From positions 1-34,671 of the IMG/VR virus record IMGVR_UViG_3300046779_000127: a stretch of DNA of 34,671 nt; one strand, 5' to 3'. This DNA is from a virus (Duplodnaviria > Caudoviricetes). Of the stretch, positions 27,260 through 33,599 are shown in pieces. Below the pieces are notes generated by a model, which was not told the origin of the DNA, did not search any database, and saw only the letters and a program-made list of their open reading frames with translations. Both the position numbers and the translations under genes were made by a program. Position 1 is the first letter of the stretch, and every line of letters starts with the position of its first letter.

Positions 27260-28459
27260 TTAAGCAGTTTCGGTTAATTCCGTCAACAAAACAGCCTTTT
27301 TGCCGGTGAAATCTTCCCACCGCTTTACGATCACATCGCAATACTTTGGGTCTAGTTCCATCAACCGAGCAACACGCCCGTTCTTTTCAGCAGCAATTAG
27401 CGTAGTTCCGCTTCCACCAAAGCTATCCAGCACAATATCGCCGCCTTTAGTGTTATTAAGCATTTGGTATTCAAATAGCGCAACAGGCTTCATTGTGGGA
27501 TGTTCGCCATTCCTAGACGGTTTGTCGAATTCCAGAATGGTTGTTTGCTTGCGGTCTGTGGCCCATAGATGCCCCGCACCTTCCTTCCAACCATACAGAC
27601 AGGGTTCGTGCTTCCAATGGTAATCTTGCCGCCCCATAACCATAGTGGACTTCTTCCATATTAAGCATTGGCGTACTTTCCAGCCTGCATCTTGCGCCGC
27701 CCCTCGAAAGTTATAACCTTCAGAATCAGCGTGCCATATATAAAAGACCGCCCCCGGCTTCATAACCAAGTCAGCAGTAACGTATGCATCTCGCAAAAAT
27801 TGACGGAATTGGTCGTCGCCCATGCTGTCGTTTTGAATTTTAAGGGCGTCTTTTGTTTTGCCTTCGTAAGCCACGTTATAAGGCGGGTCGGTCAGCCACA
27901 TATCCACAAGCAGCCCATCGCATAGCTTTTCCATGTCATTGGTGCTACACGAATCACCGCACATCAGCCGGTGCTTGCCCAATTGATATATATCGCCAGG
28001 CTTTGTCTTGGCCTCCGCGGGAACATCTGGGGCGGCATCCTCGTCCGTCAGCCCCTCCGTGAGTTCCGCGGGCTTCAGCGCGTCTATTTCCTCAAGGCTG
28101 AAACCGGTCAGTTCTAGATCAAAGCCTAATTCCTCAAGTTCCTGGAATTCTATGTTTAGCAGTTCATTGTCCCAACCGGCATTAAGCGCCAGCTTGTTGT
28201 CGGCAATGATGTAAGCCTTGACCTGGGCGGTAGTAAGATTTTTTACCTCGATGCAAGGAACTTTACTCATTCCAAGTTTCCGAGCCGCCATTAGCCGCCC
28301 GTGACCTGCAATGATGCTGTTATCGGTTATCAGGATCGGGTTTGTCCAGCCAAATTCCTTAATGCTTGCCGCAATCTGTGCCACCTGTTCATCGCTATGG
28401 GTGCGGCTGTTGTTAGCATAAGGTATTAGTTCTGCGACATTCTTTTCCGTAATATTCAT
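27260..28459 (-). CDS. ParB-like N-terminal domain fused to DNA N6/N4 methyltransferase
   Basis: PYANNSRTH...FGWTNPIL...AGHGRL...ADNKL (ParB); DPPYN, HPTMKP, DSFGGSGTT (methyltransferase). Confidence 0.92.
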   Translation of the reverse strand: MNITEKNVAELIPYANNSRTHSDEQVAQIAASIKEFGWTNPILITDNSIIAGHGRLMAARKLGMSKVPCIEVKNLTTAQVKAYIIADNKLALNAGWDNELLNIEFQELEELGFDLELTGFSLEEIDALKPAELTEGLTDEDAAPDVPAEAKTKPGDIYQLGKHRLMCGDSCSTNDMEKLCDGLLVDMWLTDPPYNVAYEGKTKDALKIQNDSMGDDQFRQFLRDAYVTADLVMKPGAVFYIWHADSEGYNFRGAAQDAGWKVRQCLIWKKSTMVMGRQDYHWKHEPCLYGWKEGAGHLWATDRKQTTILEFDKPSRNGEHPTMKPVALFEYQMLNNTKGGDIVLDSFGGSGTTLIAAEKNGRVARLMELDPKYCDVIVKRWEDFTGKKAVLLTELTETA

Positions 28460-28599
28460 TTCTTTTTGGCTTTGCTTTGTGCTTCTCGCTTAGTGCTGTA
28501 AGCAATCGCCACCGCCTGTTTAACAGGTTTCCCCGCCTTCACCTCGGCTTTGATGTTATCTTTGAAGGCTTTTTCACTCTTTGACTTCACTAGCGGCAT
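28456..28599 (-). CDS. Small Lys-rich protein, 47 aa (MPLVKSKSEKAFKDNIKAEVKAGKPVKQAVAIAYS...)
   Basis: GGAG RBS before the ATG at 28599; KQAVAIAY motif; ATGA overlap with the next gene. Confidence 0.8.
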   Translation of the reverse strand: MPLVKSKSEKAFKDNIKAEVKAGKPVKQAVAIAYSTKREAQSKAKKK

Positions 28600-28753
28600 T
28601 TTGCTTCTCCAGTTCAGACATGAACCATTGGCATTGTTGCAGCGCACCATTGATCTGCTGCAATTGCACCTGGGTCTGGTGAGCAGTTTGCTCCAATTCC
28701 TTGCCTTTGGCAATCAAGTCTTGAATACGGGCTTCAATCAGTTCTTTAGTCAT
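28574..28753 (-). CDS. Small coiled-coil protein, 59 aa (MTKELIEARIQDLIAKGKELEQ...), not in ORF track
   Basis: Fills the gap between groES and the 47-aa gene; heptad pattern. Confidence 0.75.
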   Translation of the reverse strand: MTKELIEARIQDLIAKGKELEQTAHQTQVQLQQINGALQQCQWFMSELEKQNAASEVKE

Positions 28754-29006
28754 TTTCTACTACCGCACAAATGTCGGCTTCCTGGATGATTTGATAATCC
28801 TGCCCATTGATGCGCTGGACAGGCCAATTGAGATAATCGCCGTTTCCATACTTGATGAAATCGCCGACCTTGGTTTGATCCACCAATGGCCCAATCGCAA
28901 CCACAGTACCCTCGTTAAAAGGTTCCGTGTTGTTCACATGGATAATTGTGGATAACTCTCTGACTGTGGGTTTTACCACAACGCGATCACGCAGAGGTTT
29001 TAGCAT
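28746..29006 (-). CDS. groES: GroES/Cpn10-like co-chaperonin
   Basis: LKPLRDRVVVKP, GTVVAIGP, KVGD, IIQEADICAVVE; GGAGG RBS. Confidence 0.88.
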   Translation of the reverse strand: MLKPLRDRVVVKPTVRELSTIIHVNNTEPFNEGTVVAIGPLVDQTKVGDFIKYGNGDYLNWPVQRINGQDYQIIQEADICAVVEND

Positions 29007-29232
29007 TTTGCCTCCGGGTGTATTTGCGTTTTTTGGGCTCTGTCATTGCATCAACAACAGGCAATATGACTGCGCTACCAGCAGATACCGTGACCGTGGT
29101 GTTTGGCAGCGGTTTGGGTGACAGTTCCCCGCACCAATCGTTTCGGTGCTTGTGGACAAATTGTGGATGGGCTCGGCACTGACCCATCACCTCGTGATCG
29201 ACAAAGTGTCGGCAATCGCTACAATGATTCAC
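28987..29232 (-). CDS. Cys-rich hypothetical protein (CxxC...C...WCGE) with basic tail
   Basis: AAGGAG RBS, GTG start, four-Cys pattern. Confidence 0.75.
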   Translation of the reverse strand: MNHCSDCRHFVDHEVMGQCRAHPQFVHKHRNDWCGELSPKPLPNTTVTVSAGSAVILPVVDAMTEPKKRKYTRRQNAKTSA

Positions 29233-29298
29233 AGATTCAACTCCTTAACAGTTGAGTTTAGAGGACGTTAGGGAGGGCATTCCCTAGCGTTCCTCGTT

Positions 29299-29514
29299 TT
29301 AGCGGTATTCGCTACGGGTATGGGTGTAGCAAACGCCGGGGGTGCGACCAGTGTTGAACTGCTTGTCAGCGCCCGTTGCATCTTCCATACCCATTGCCAC
29401 GCCGCCTACCATCTTGCCCTTGCGCTCACCAGACATATCGCTGGAGGTTGCGCCCTTGGGAGGGGTTGCGCCGGTGGTGCTCTTAACACCTTTCATGCTG
29501 TCCATTTTGCCCAT
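29299..29514 (-). CDS. Hypothetical Gly/Met/Lys-rich protein (71 aa), probable first late gene
   Basis: AAGGA RBS before the ATG at 29514. Confidence 0.75.
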   Translation of the reverse strand: MGKMDSMKGVKSTTGATPPKGATSSDMSGERKGKMVGGVAMGMEDATGADKQFNTGRTPGVCYTHTRSEYR

Positions 29515-29545
29515 TTTGATTCCTTGCAAGGTTGTGGGAAATTCA

Positions 29546-29573
29546 ATTTTCGACAAATCTTAAGACTTGTCAA
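29546..29573 (-). promoter_or_regulatory. Putative late promoter with overlapping 20-bp dyad operator
   Basis: Minus strand TTGACA (29573-29568), 16 nt, GAAAAT; palindrome GACAAATCTT|AAGACTTGTC at 29552-29571 with one mismatch. Confidence 0.55.
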
Positions 29574-29887
29574 GCACACATTGTAGCCGCCCACTCCCGT
29601 TCTTGGCGACCTGATTTGTTCTTTACGGTGCGCCCGGTTAACTCCACCAACCCCAAGGTCTGAAGCTCTTTCATGCGTCTGGCGACCTGGTTTCCGTCCA
29701 AATAGGTCACCTCGGCAATCTGATCCTTGCCCATTGGCCCGTAAGCCACTAAAGCCTGGACAATGATTTCCCCATGCTGGATGGACAGGTTACCCGCCTT
29801 GTCAGCAGCCTCGGCGCTTGTGTTGGGGTCGGTGTTGCGAACCCTGGGGAAGATGTTGGTTTTCTTCAGAATGTCAAAAATGCTCAT
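29570..29887 (-). CDS. Winged helix-turn-helix DNA-binding protein
   Basis: RNTDPNTSAEAA, GPMGKDQIAE...QVARRMKELQTLGLVELTG, wing KSGRQEREW; GGAG RBS. Confidence 0.8.
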   Translation of the reverse strand: MSIFDILKKTNIFPRVRNTDPNTSAEAADKAGNLSIQHGEIIVQALVAYGPMGKDQIAEVTYLDGNQVARRMKELQTLGLVELTGRTVKNKSGRQEREWAATMCA

Positions 29888-29905
29888 GTGTGTGCTCCAA
29901 ATGGT

Positions 29906-29983
29906 GGGCGGGTCGCATAAAGCAGCGTAGGCTTGAACAACACTTTAGAAAAGTGACCACGGCGCTAACCCGTTTTCCCGCCC
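29906..29983 (-). ncRNA. Candidate structured RNA/ssDNA element (three-stem junction, possible pseudoknot)
   Basis: GGGCGGG/CCCGCCC closing stem, ACGG-GTTAGCG-CCGT and CACTTT-TCT-AAAGTG hairpins, loop TAGCG complementary to CGCTG. Confidence 0.5.
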
Positions 29984-29988
29984 GTTAA

Positions 29989-30237
29989 TCAAAATGGTAC
30001 GTCATCAAAGTTGTCTGAGGGGAACCCATCGTTTCGGCGCTCCTCCTTGGGACGGTGCAGGAAGGCTTTGAAATACCCATCCCAATTGGCAGACTGCGGA
30101 ATGCTGTCTAACTTAATGGTGACTTTGCCTTCATCATCAATCCACATTGTTCCATGTTGGCTCCAGTAAGTCTTTTCCTGACCATCTTGGGTAGTGTATT
30201 TACGGGCGGCGAATTTGATGTCGTATTGCTTTTTCAT
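29989..30237 (-). CDS. Small single-stranded DNA-binding-like protein
   Basis: Beta-rich core (YTTQDGQEKTYWSQHG...IKLDSIP), acidic DDVPF tail, follows the exonuclease. Confidence 0.7.
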   Translation of the reverse strand: MKKQYDIKFAARKYTTQDGQEKTYWSQHGTMWIDDEGKVTIKLDSIPQSANWDGYFKAFLHRPKEERRNDGFPSDNFDDVPF

Positions 30238-30845
30238 GCGATTAATTTGTTTAGTTGCTCCACCTTGGCTGTGACTTCTGCCAAGAACTTTGTTATTTCT
30301 TGTTCCATCTCCTTTATAAAACCATCGTCCCTTTGCACCCTTTTGACAAAGAGTTGAGCCTTGGTAGGCATCCTTGGGTCAAAAGAGACAAAATCACACC
30401 ACTGACGCCCGGTACACGCCATCTGGAATTGCATCTGCGTAATGTATTTCCCAGGCACAGTCTGCGTCAATAGCGTATCAATGTGGGTCGCCGTGTTGGG
30501 GCATTTGATCTCCACCAACCCATCTTCACCCACTAACCCATCCGGGGAAGCACCCGCCATCGCAATCGTTGGATGGTCAACTAAGCCGGTTTCATCCACC
30601 AAAACGTTCTGTTGGACTTCGTAAGCCGCCCTTGCAAACGGCTCTTGATCCGTTCCCCATTGCATGGCAGCGTTGGTAAAAGATTCGGCCTGGGTGTTGG
30701 TCATGCGTTCCACCACCAATTGAGCCATGTAATTTTCACGGCTGGCGCTGTAACCCGTCTTGGTCTTGGCGATTACGTCAGCAACGCGGCTTGCGGTTAC
30801 CTTGCCTAGACGGGCTTTGAACCATTCTTCTGATCTTTGATCCAT
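30234..30845 (-). CDS. YqaJ/lambda-type exonuclease
   Basis: QRSEEWFKARLGKVTAS, WGTDQEPFAR, GASPDGL, EIKCP, QMQFQM. Confidence 0.93.
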   Translation of the reverse strand: MDQRSEEWFKARLGKVTASRVADVIAKTKTGYSASRENYMAQLVVERMTNTQAESFTNAAMQWGTDQEPFARAAYEVQQNVLVDETGLVDHPTIAMAGASPDGLVGEDGLVEIKCPNTATHIDTLLTQTVPGKYITQMQFQMACTGRQWCDFVSFDPRMPTKAQLFVKRVQRDDGFIKEMEQEITKFLAEVTAKVEQLNKLIA

Positions 30846-31342
30846 TAAATTGCCTCCTTAATTATTGATTCAAAATCTTGTGCCTTTATTGCGTAATTTT
30901 CAGGCAGTTGATGTTTTGCTTTTGTGTGCTGGCTCACCGCAACTGAATCATCTTTCAGGGCATAACAAACCGTGTTGTGGAATTGTCCTAATTCATACAC
31001 GGATTCATATATACCCAAAGCATTTTCTGTTGACCATTGCCAATCATCAAGTAGCCCACAAACCTCATCCATTTCTTTTTGAACACGTTTGCCTATGATC
31101 GTATTTTTCTTTGGTTTGATTAGCCAATAACCTTCATAGCTTGTCGGCAAAGTAAACCCAGATCGAACTGTTTTTTCTTTGTAGATCAATCCCAAACCTT
31201 GGCGCTCAATCCTTAACAAGGCCTCTGCTTTTTCTTTTTCAAGAAATTCACGTTTTGCTTTTAATGCCGCATCTTTTGCTCTCTTAAATTTAATCACCGC
31301 AAATCCAGCAAAGTCACTTGGTAAAAGGTAATGCTTTCTCAT
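30845..31342 (-). CDS. Hypothetical protein (165 aa), AT-rich
   Basis: AGGAG RBS, coupled to both neighbours, no recognisable motif. Confidence 0.75.
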   Translation of the reverse strand: MRKHYLLPSDFAGFAVIKFKRAKDAALKAKREFLEKEKAEALLRIERQGLGLIYKEKTVRSGFTLPTSYEGYWLIKPKKNTIIGKRVQKEMDEVCGLLDDWQWSTENALGIYESVYELGQFHNTVCYALKDDSVAVSQHTKAKHQLPENYAIKAQDFESIIKEAI

Positions 31343-31563
31343 GTATTGACTCCTAACCTTTTTGCCAGCCTTTCTATGCAGTCTTGAGGGCTTATGCTCA
31401 ATGCTTTTCGAATCAGTTTTAAAGATTCATCAATAATTTCATCGTAAGTGCCTGGGTCTGCTTTTTTGATTGATTCAAGAGTAATTTGAGCATCTTCCAA
31501 CGCAGACAAATCAGCACTGTTTAATTCAAAAAGCAAATCTATGTCTTGTTGAATGTTATCCAT
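31339..31563 (-). CDS. Hypothetical acidic protein (74 aa), AT-rich
   Basis: AAGGAG RBS, overlaps the erf stop. Confidence 0.75.
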   Translation of the reverse strand: MDNIQQDIDLLFELNSADLSALEDAQITLESIKKADPGTYDEIIDESLKLIRKALSISPQDCIERLAKRLGVNT

Positions 31564-32158
31564 TTGACAACTCCTTTTTGCGCTTGTCTTTTGCTGCCAT
31601 TACCTTTGCTTGCCATACCGCATCCCCGTCACAAGACGCATAGGCGGCGTTGTAGGTATTCTTGAGTGTTGCCATATCAATGCATGCCTCGATTGCCGCC
31701 AGGTGGTCTGCCATCATGCCGGGGTCAACCTTTGTCGTGGGCTTGGGTTCTGGCTTACCAGACGCAGCATTACCGTCATCATCTTCTGGAGCAATACCGC
31801 AAGCCGCCATCAAGCTGTATCGGCGTGCGTAGGTCAGAGCAGAACCGTAGCCATGCGCGTCATGCTTGGTCGCCGGGACATGAAGCATTCCGCCCTCAAG
31901 CGCCTCGCCAGATTCATGCAGGAACACAGTCTCCAACATAACCCCGTCTTTGCATTCATAAGAACGTTGGATCAAGGCAATACCGTTGTTGTTCAAGGCG
32001 TCAATCACCGCATCAATGCAAGAGGCCAGATCAGCATATCGGCTAACCCTGCCGTTTTGCTTGAATGCCTGATTGCTTGACAGCTTAAGTGCAGGGCCAA
32101 ACTCTTTCTGAGCCTTGACAAATGCCGCCGCTACTTTCATTCCGATTGGTGTTTCCAT
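31556..32158 (-). CDS. erf: ERF-family single-strand annealing recombinase
   Basis: AFVKAQKEF, YADL, GSALTYARRYSL, GIAPEDDDGNAA; AAGGAG RBS. Confidence 0.93.
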   Translation of the reverse strand: METPIGMKVAAAFVKAQKEFGPALKLSSNQAFKQNGRVSRYADLASCIDAVIDALNNNGIALIQRSYECKDGVMLETVFLHESGEALEGGMLHVPATKHDAHGYGSALTYARRYSLMAACGIAPEDDDGNAASGKPEPKPTTKVDPGMMADHLAAIEACIDMATLKNTYNAAYASCDGDAVWQAKVMAAKDKRKKELSNG

Positions 32159-32167
32159 GATGTCTCC

Positions 32168-32416
32168 TTACCACTTAGGGGCGCAAGTTACGTCAACCAC
32201 AACGTCTGTGGTGTAGCCATTGATCTTGCGTTTGCCAAAGATCATCACGGCGCGGGTTTTGTTGGTTTCGCATTCACGAACCGCATAGATCACCTCGTTG
32301 CGGCTCAAAGGCTGAACGTGCTTGTCAAGCACCAACTCTTGTTGTGCCGCATTGGGCGCGGAGGTAGATGAACAACCCACCAGGAAGATTGCAGGGACTA
32401 GGGCTAGATATTTCAT
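32168..32416 (-). CDS. Lipoprotein (82 aa)
   Basis: MKYLALVPAIFLVG-C lipobox, GGAGG RBS, ATGA overlap; ATG at 32416. Confidence 0.8.
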   Translation of the reverse strand: MKYLALVPAIFLVGCSSTSAPNAAQQELVLDKHVQPLSRNEVIYAVRECETNKTRAVMIFGKRKINGYTTDVVVDVTCAPKW

Positions 32417-32598
32417 TTCGCCTCCAGTTCGCGCTGAATCTCGCGCATGGCTTCCACGGTGTTGTTGTAGATGAAACAAAGCTCCATGATCTTTGTCTCA
32501 AGGCAGCCCACCTGATACTCGTTACGCATGGGGTCGTCTTTAGAAAAATGGGCGTCACGGTAACCGCGAATGCTCTCAATGATTTGTTGTGCGTTCAT
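32413..32598 (-). CDS. Hypothetical protein (MNAQQIIESIRG...)
   Basis: GGAGG RBS; part of the early leftward operon. Confidence 0.7.
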   Translation of the reverse strand: MNAQQIIESIRGYRDAHFSKDDPMRNEYQVGCLETKIMELCFIYNNTVEAMREIQRELEAK

Positions 32599-32600
32599 GT

Positions 32601-32744
32601 TCAACCTCCAAAAACAATCATGGCAAGCAAGAAACCTGCGGTGAATGCGTAGACATACCGCAAAACCTTTTCAGGCTTACTGGTGGCGTAGCCAACCGTA
32701 TAGGTGGCATCTGCAAAGTTGCGGGGGGTTTGATAGTTCTTCAT
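32601..32744 (-). CDS. Small protein with C-terminal TM helix (47 aa, MKNYQTPRNFADA...), first gene of the leftward operon
   Basis: GGAG RBS before the ATG at 32744; TPR motif followed by a hydrophobic tail. Confidence 0.75.
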   Translation of the reverse strand: MKNYQTPRNFADATYTVGYATSKPEKVLRYVYAFTAGFLLAMIVFGG

Positions 32745-32790
32745 AAGTGCTCCAAAAAATACCGTATGCGTTGCGCTCCGGGATGTGTGT

Positions 32791-32819
32791 AATGTATAGC
32801 AAACTTCACAGATGTGCAA
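32791..32819 (-). promoter_or_regulatory. Leftward early sigma70-type promoter
   Basis: Minus strand TTGCAC-17 nt-TACATT in the divergent intergenic region. Confidence 0.7.
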
Positions 32820-32879
32820 TACCCAAGCAAAAAATAGGGTTATCCGTTGTTTTTTGGTTTAGCCCGCTACACTTTCAAG

Positions 32880-33044
32880 ATGTTAACAAAAGAAAAAGCC
32901 ATCGAACTTGCTGGATCACAAGCCGATCTGGCGCGTCTACTTGGGGTTACCAGGTCGGCTGTTTGGCAATGGAAAGAGATTCCTCAAGGCAGGATTTATC
33001 AGCTAATGGTGCTGCGTCCATCATGGTTTGAGGTTATTCAGTAG
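32880..33044 (+). CDS. Cro-like HTH transcriptional regulator (54 aa)
   Basis: AIELAGSQADLARLLGVTRSAVWQW..IPQGR; first gene right of the divergence; ATG at 32880. Confidence 0.88.
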   Translation: MLTKEKAIELAGSQADLARLLGVTRSAVWQWKEIPQGRIYQLMVLRPSWFEVIQ

Positions 33045-33056
33045 GGACTTTCCCTA
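33042..33056. promoter_or_regulatory. Palindromic site TAGGG-ACTTT-CCCTA
   Basis: Perfect 5-bp arms at the end of the cro-like gene; related half-sites at 32835 and 23427-23440. Confidence 0.35.
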
Positions 33057-33088
33057 ATTTGTTGGTTTTTCACAAAGGAGTTTGAAAC

Positions 33089-33241
33089 ATGAAAAAAGCA
33101 ATCATTGCCGCCTGGTTTGCCCTCTCAGCCACGATGGTTTGGGCGTCTTGTACTACCCACACGATCATGCAGGGAGGCCGCATGGTTACCTGCACAACCT
33201 GTTGCTATCCTGGCGGGAATTGCACTACGTCTTGTTTTTAA
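33089..33241 (+). CDS. Small secreted six-cysteine peptide, 50 aa (MKKAIIAAWFALSATMVWA-SCTTHTIMQGGRMVTCTTCCYPGGNCTTSCF), not in ORF track
   Basis: AAAGGAG RBS, classical Sec signal peptide with V-W-A cleavage site, 6 Cys in the mature part. Confidence 0.85.
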   Translation: MKKAIIAAWFALSATMVWASCTTHTIMQGGRMVTCTTCCYPGGNCTTSCF

Positions 33242-33249
33242 TGTATACT
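33220..33249 (+). promoter_or_regulatory. Putative sigma70 promoter for the structured RNA/replication operon
   Basis: TTGCAC (33220-33225), 18 nt, TATACT (33244-33249); the first hairpin starts about 6 nt downstream. Confidence 0.6.
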
Positions 33250-33290
33250 CAGAACCGTCTGGTGTGGCAATCAGACGATGAAACTAGTAG

Positions 33291-33409
33291 AAACCCCGCA
33301 GGGTACTGTGTGGTCTTGTCGTACAGCATGACGAGTCTTTTGACTAGTTTCAATCGTCTTGTTGTTGCTCTCGCCAAGAGCCAAGACCACAGAGCATCTT
33401 GCGGGGTTT
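33291..33409 (+). ncRNA. C4/P4-CI-like antisense RNA
   Basis: Long closing stem AAACCCCGCAGGG/TCTTGCGGGGTTT plus TGTGGTCTTG/CAAGACCACA enclosing two arms. The unpaired parts of the arms (TAGTTTCAA, CGCCA) are complementary to the upstream leader (TGAAACTA, TGGC). Confidence 0.65.
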
Positions 33410-33421
33410 TTGCTTTTGGCC

Positions 33422-33599
33422 CAGACCGTCAGGGCGCGTTAGCAAATGGTCTGCATGGACTGAACCCAAGAAACACCGGCATTGCGATACACCCCGCAGT
33501 TTGCCGACCAGCGTTGATTGAGCGACTGGTAAAGGATTGGGTACAACGGTGGAACAAGGCCCGATCTATAAGCGAATCAATCCCTCATGGGCACTTGGG
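33422..33599 (+). ncRNA. Candidate multi-stem structured RNA domain
   Basis: CAGACCGT/ATGGTCTG hairpin, then CCCAAG/CTTGGG enclosing four hairpins; several G-U pairs valid only on the + strand. Confidence 0.55.

Noticed and set aside
27260-28459. ParB domain as evidence of a plasmid-prophage partition system
   Set aside because: ParB-methyltransferase fusions next to terminase genes are common in phages, and no ParA or centromere-like repeat array is visible.
33291-33409. tRNA or CRISPR mini-array
   Set aside because: No T-loop/D-loop consensus or CCA-type acceptor geometry, and no repeated direct-repeat/spacer units here or elsewhere in the window.
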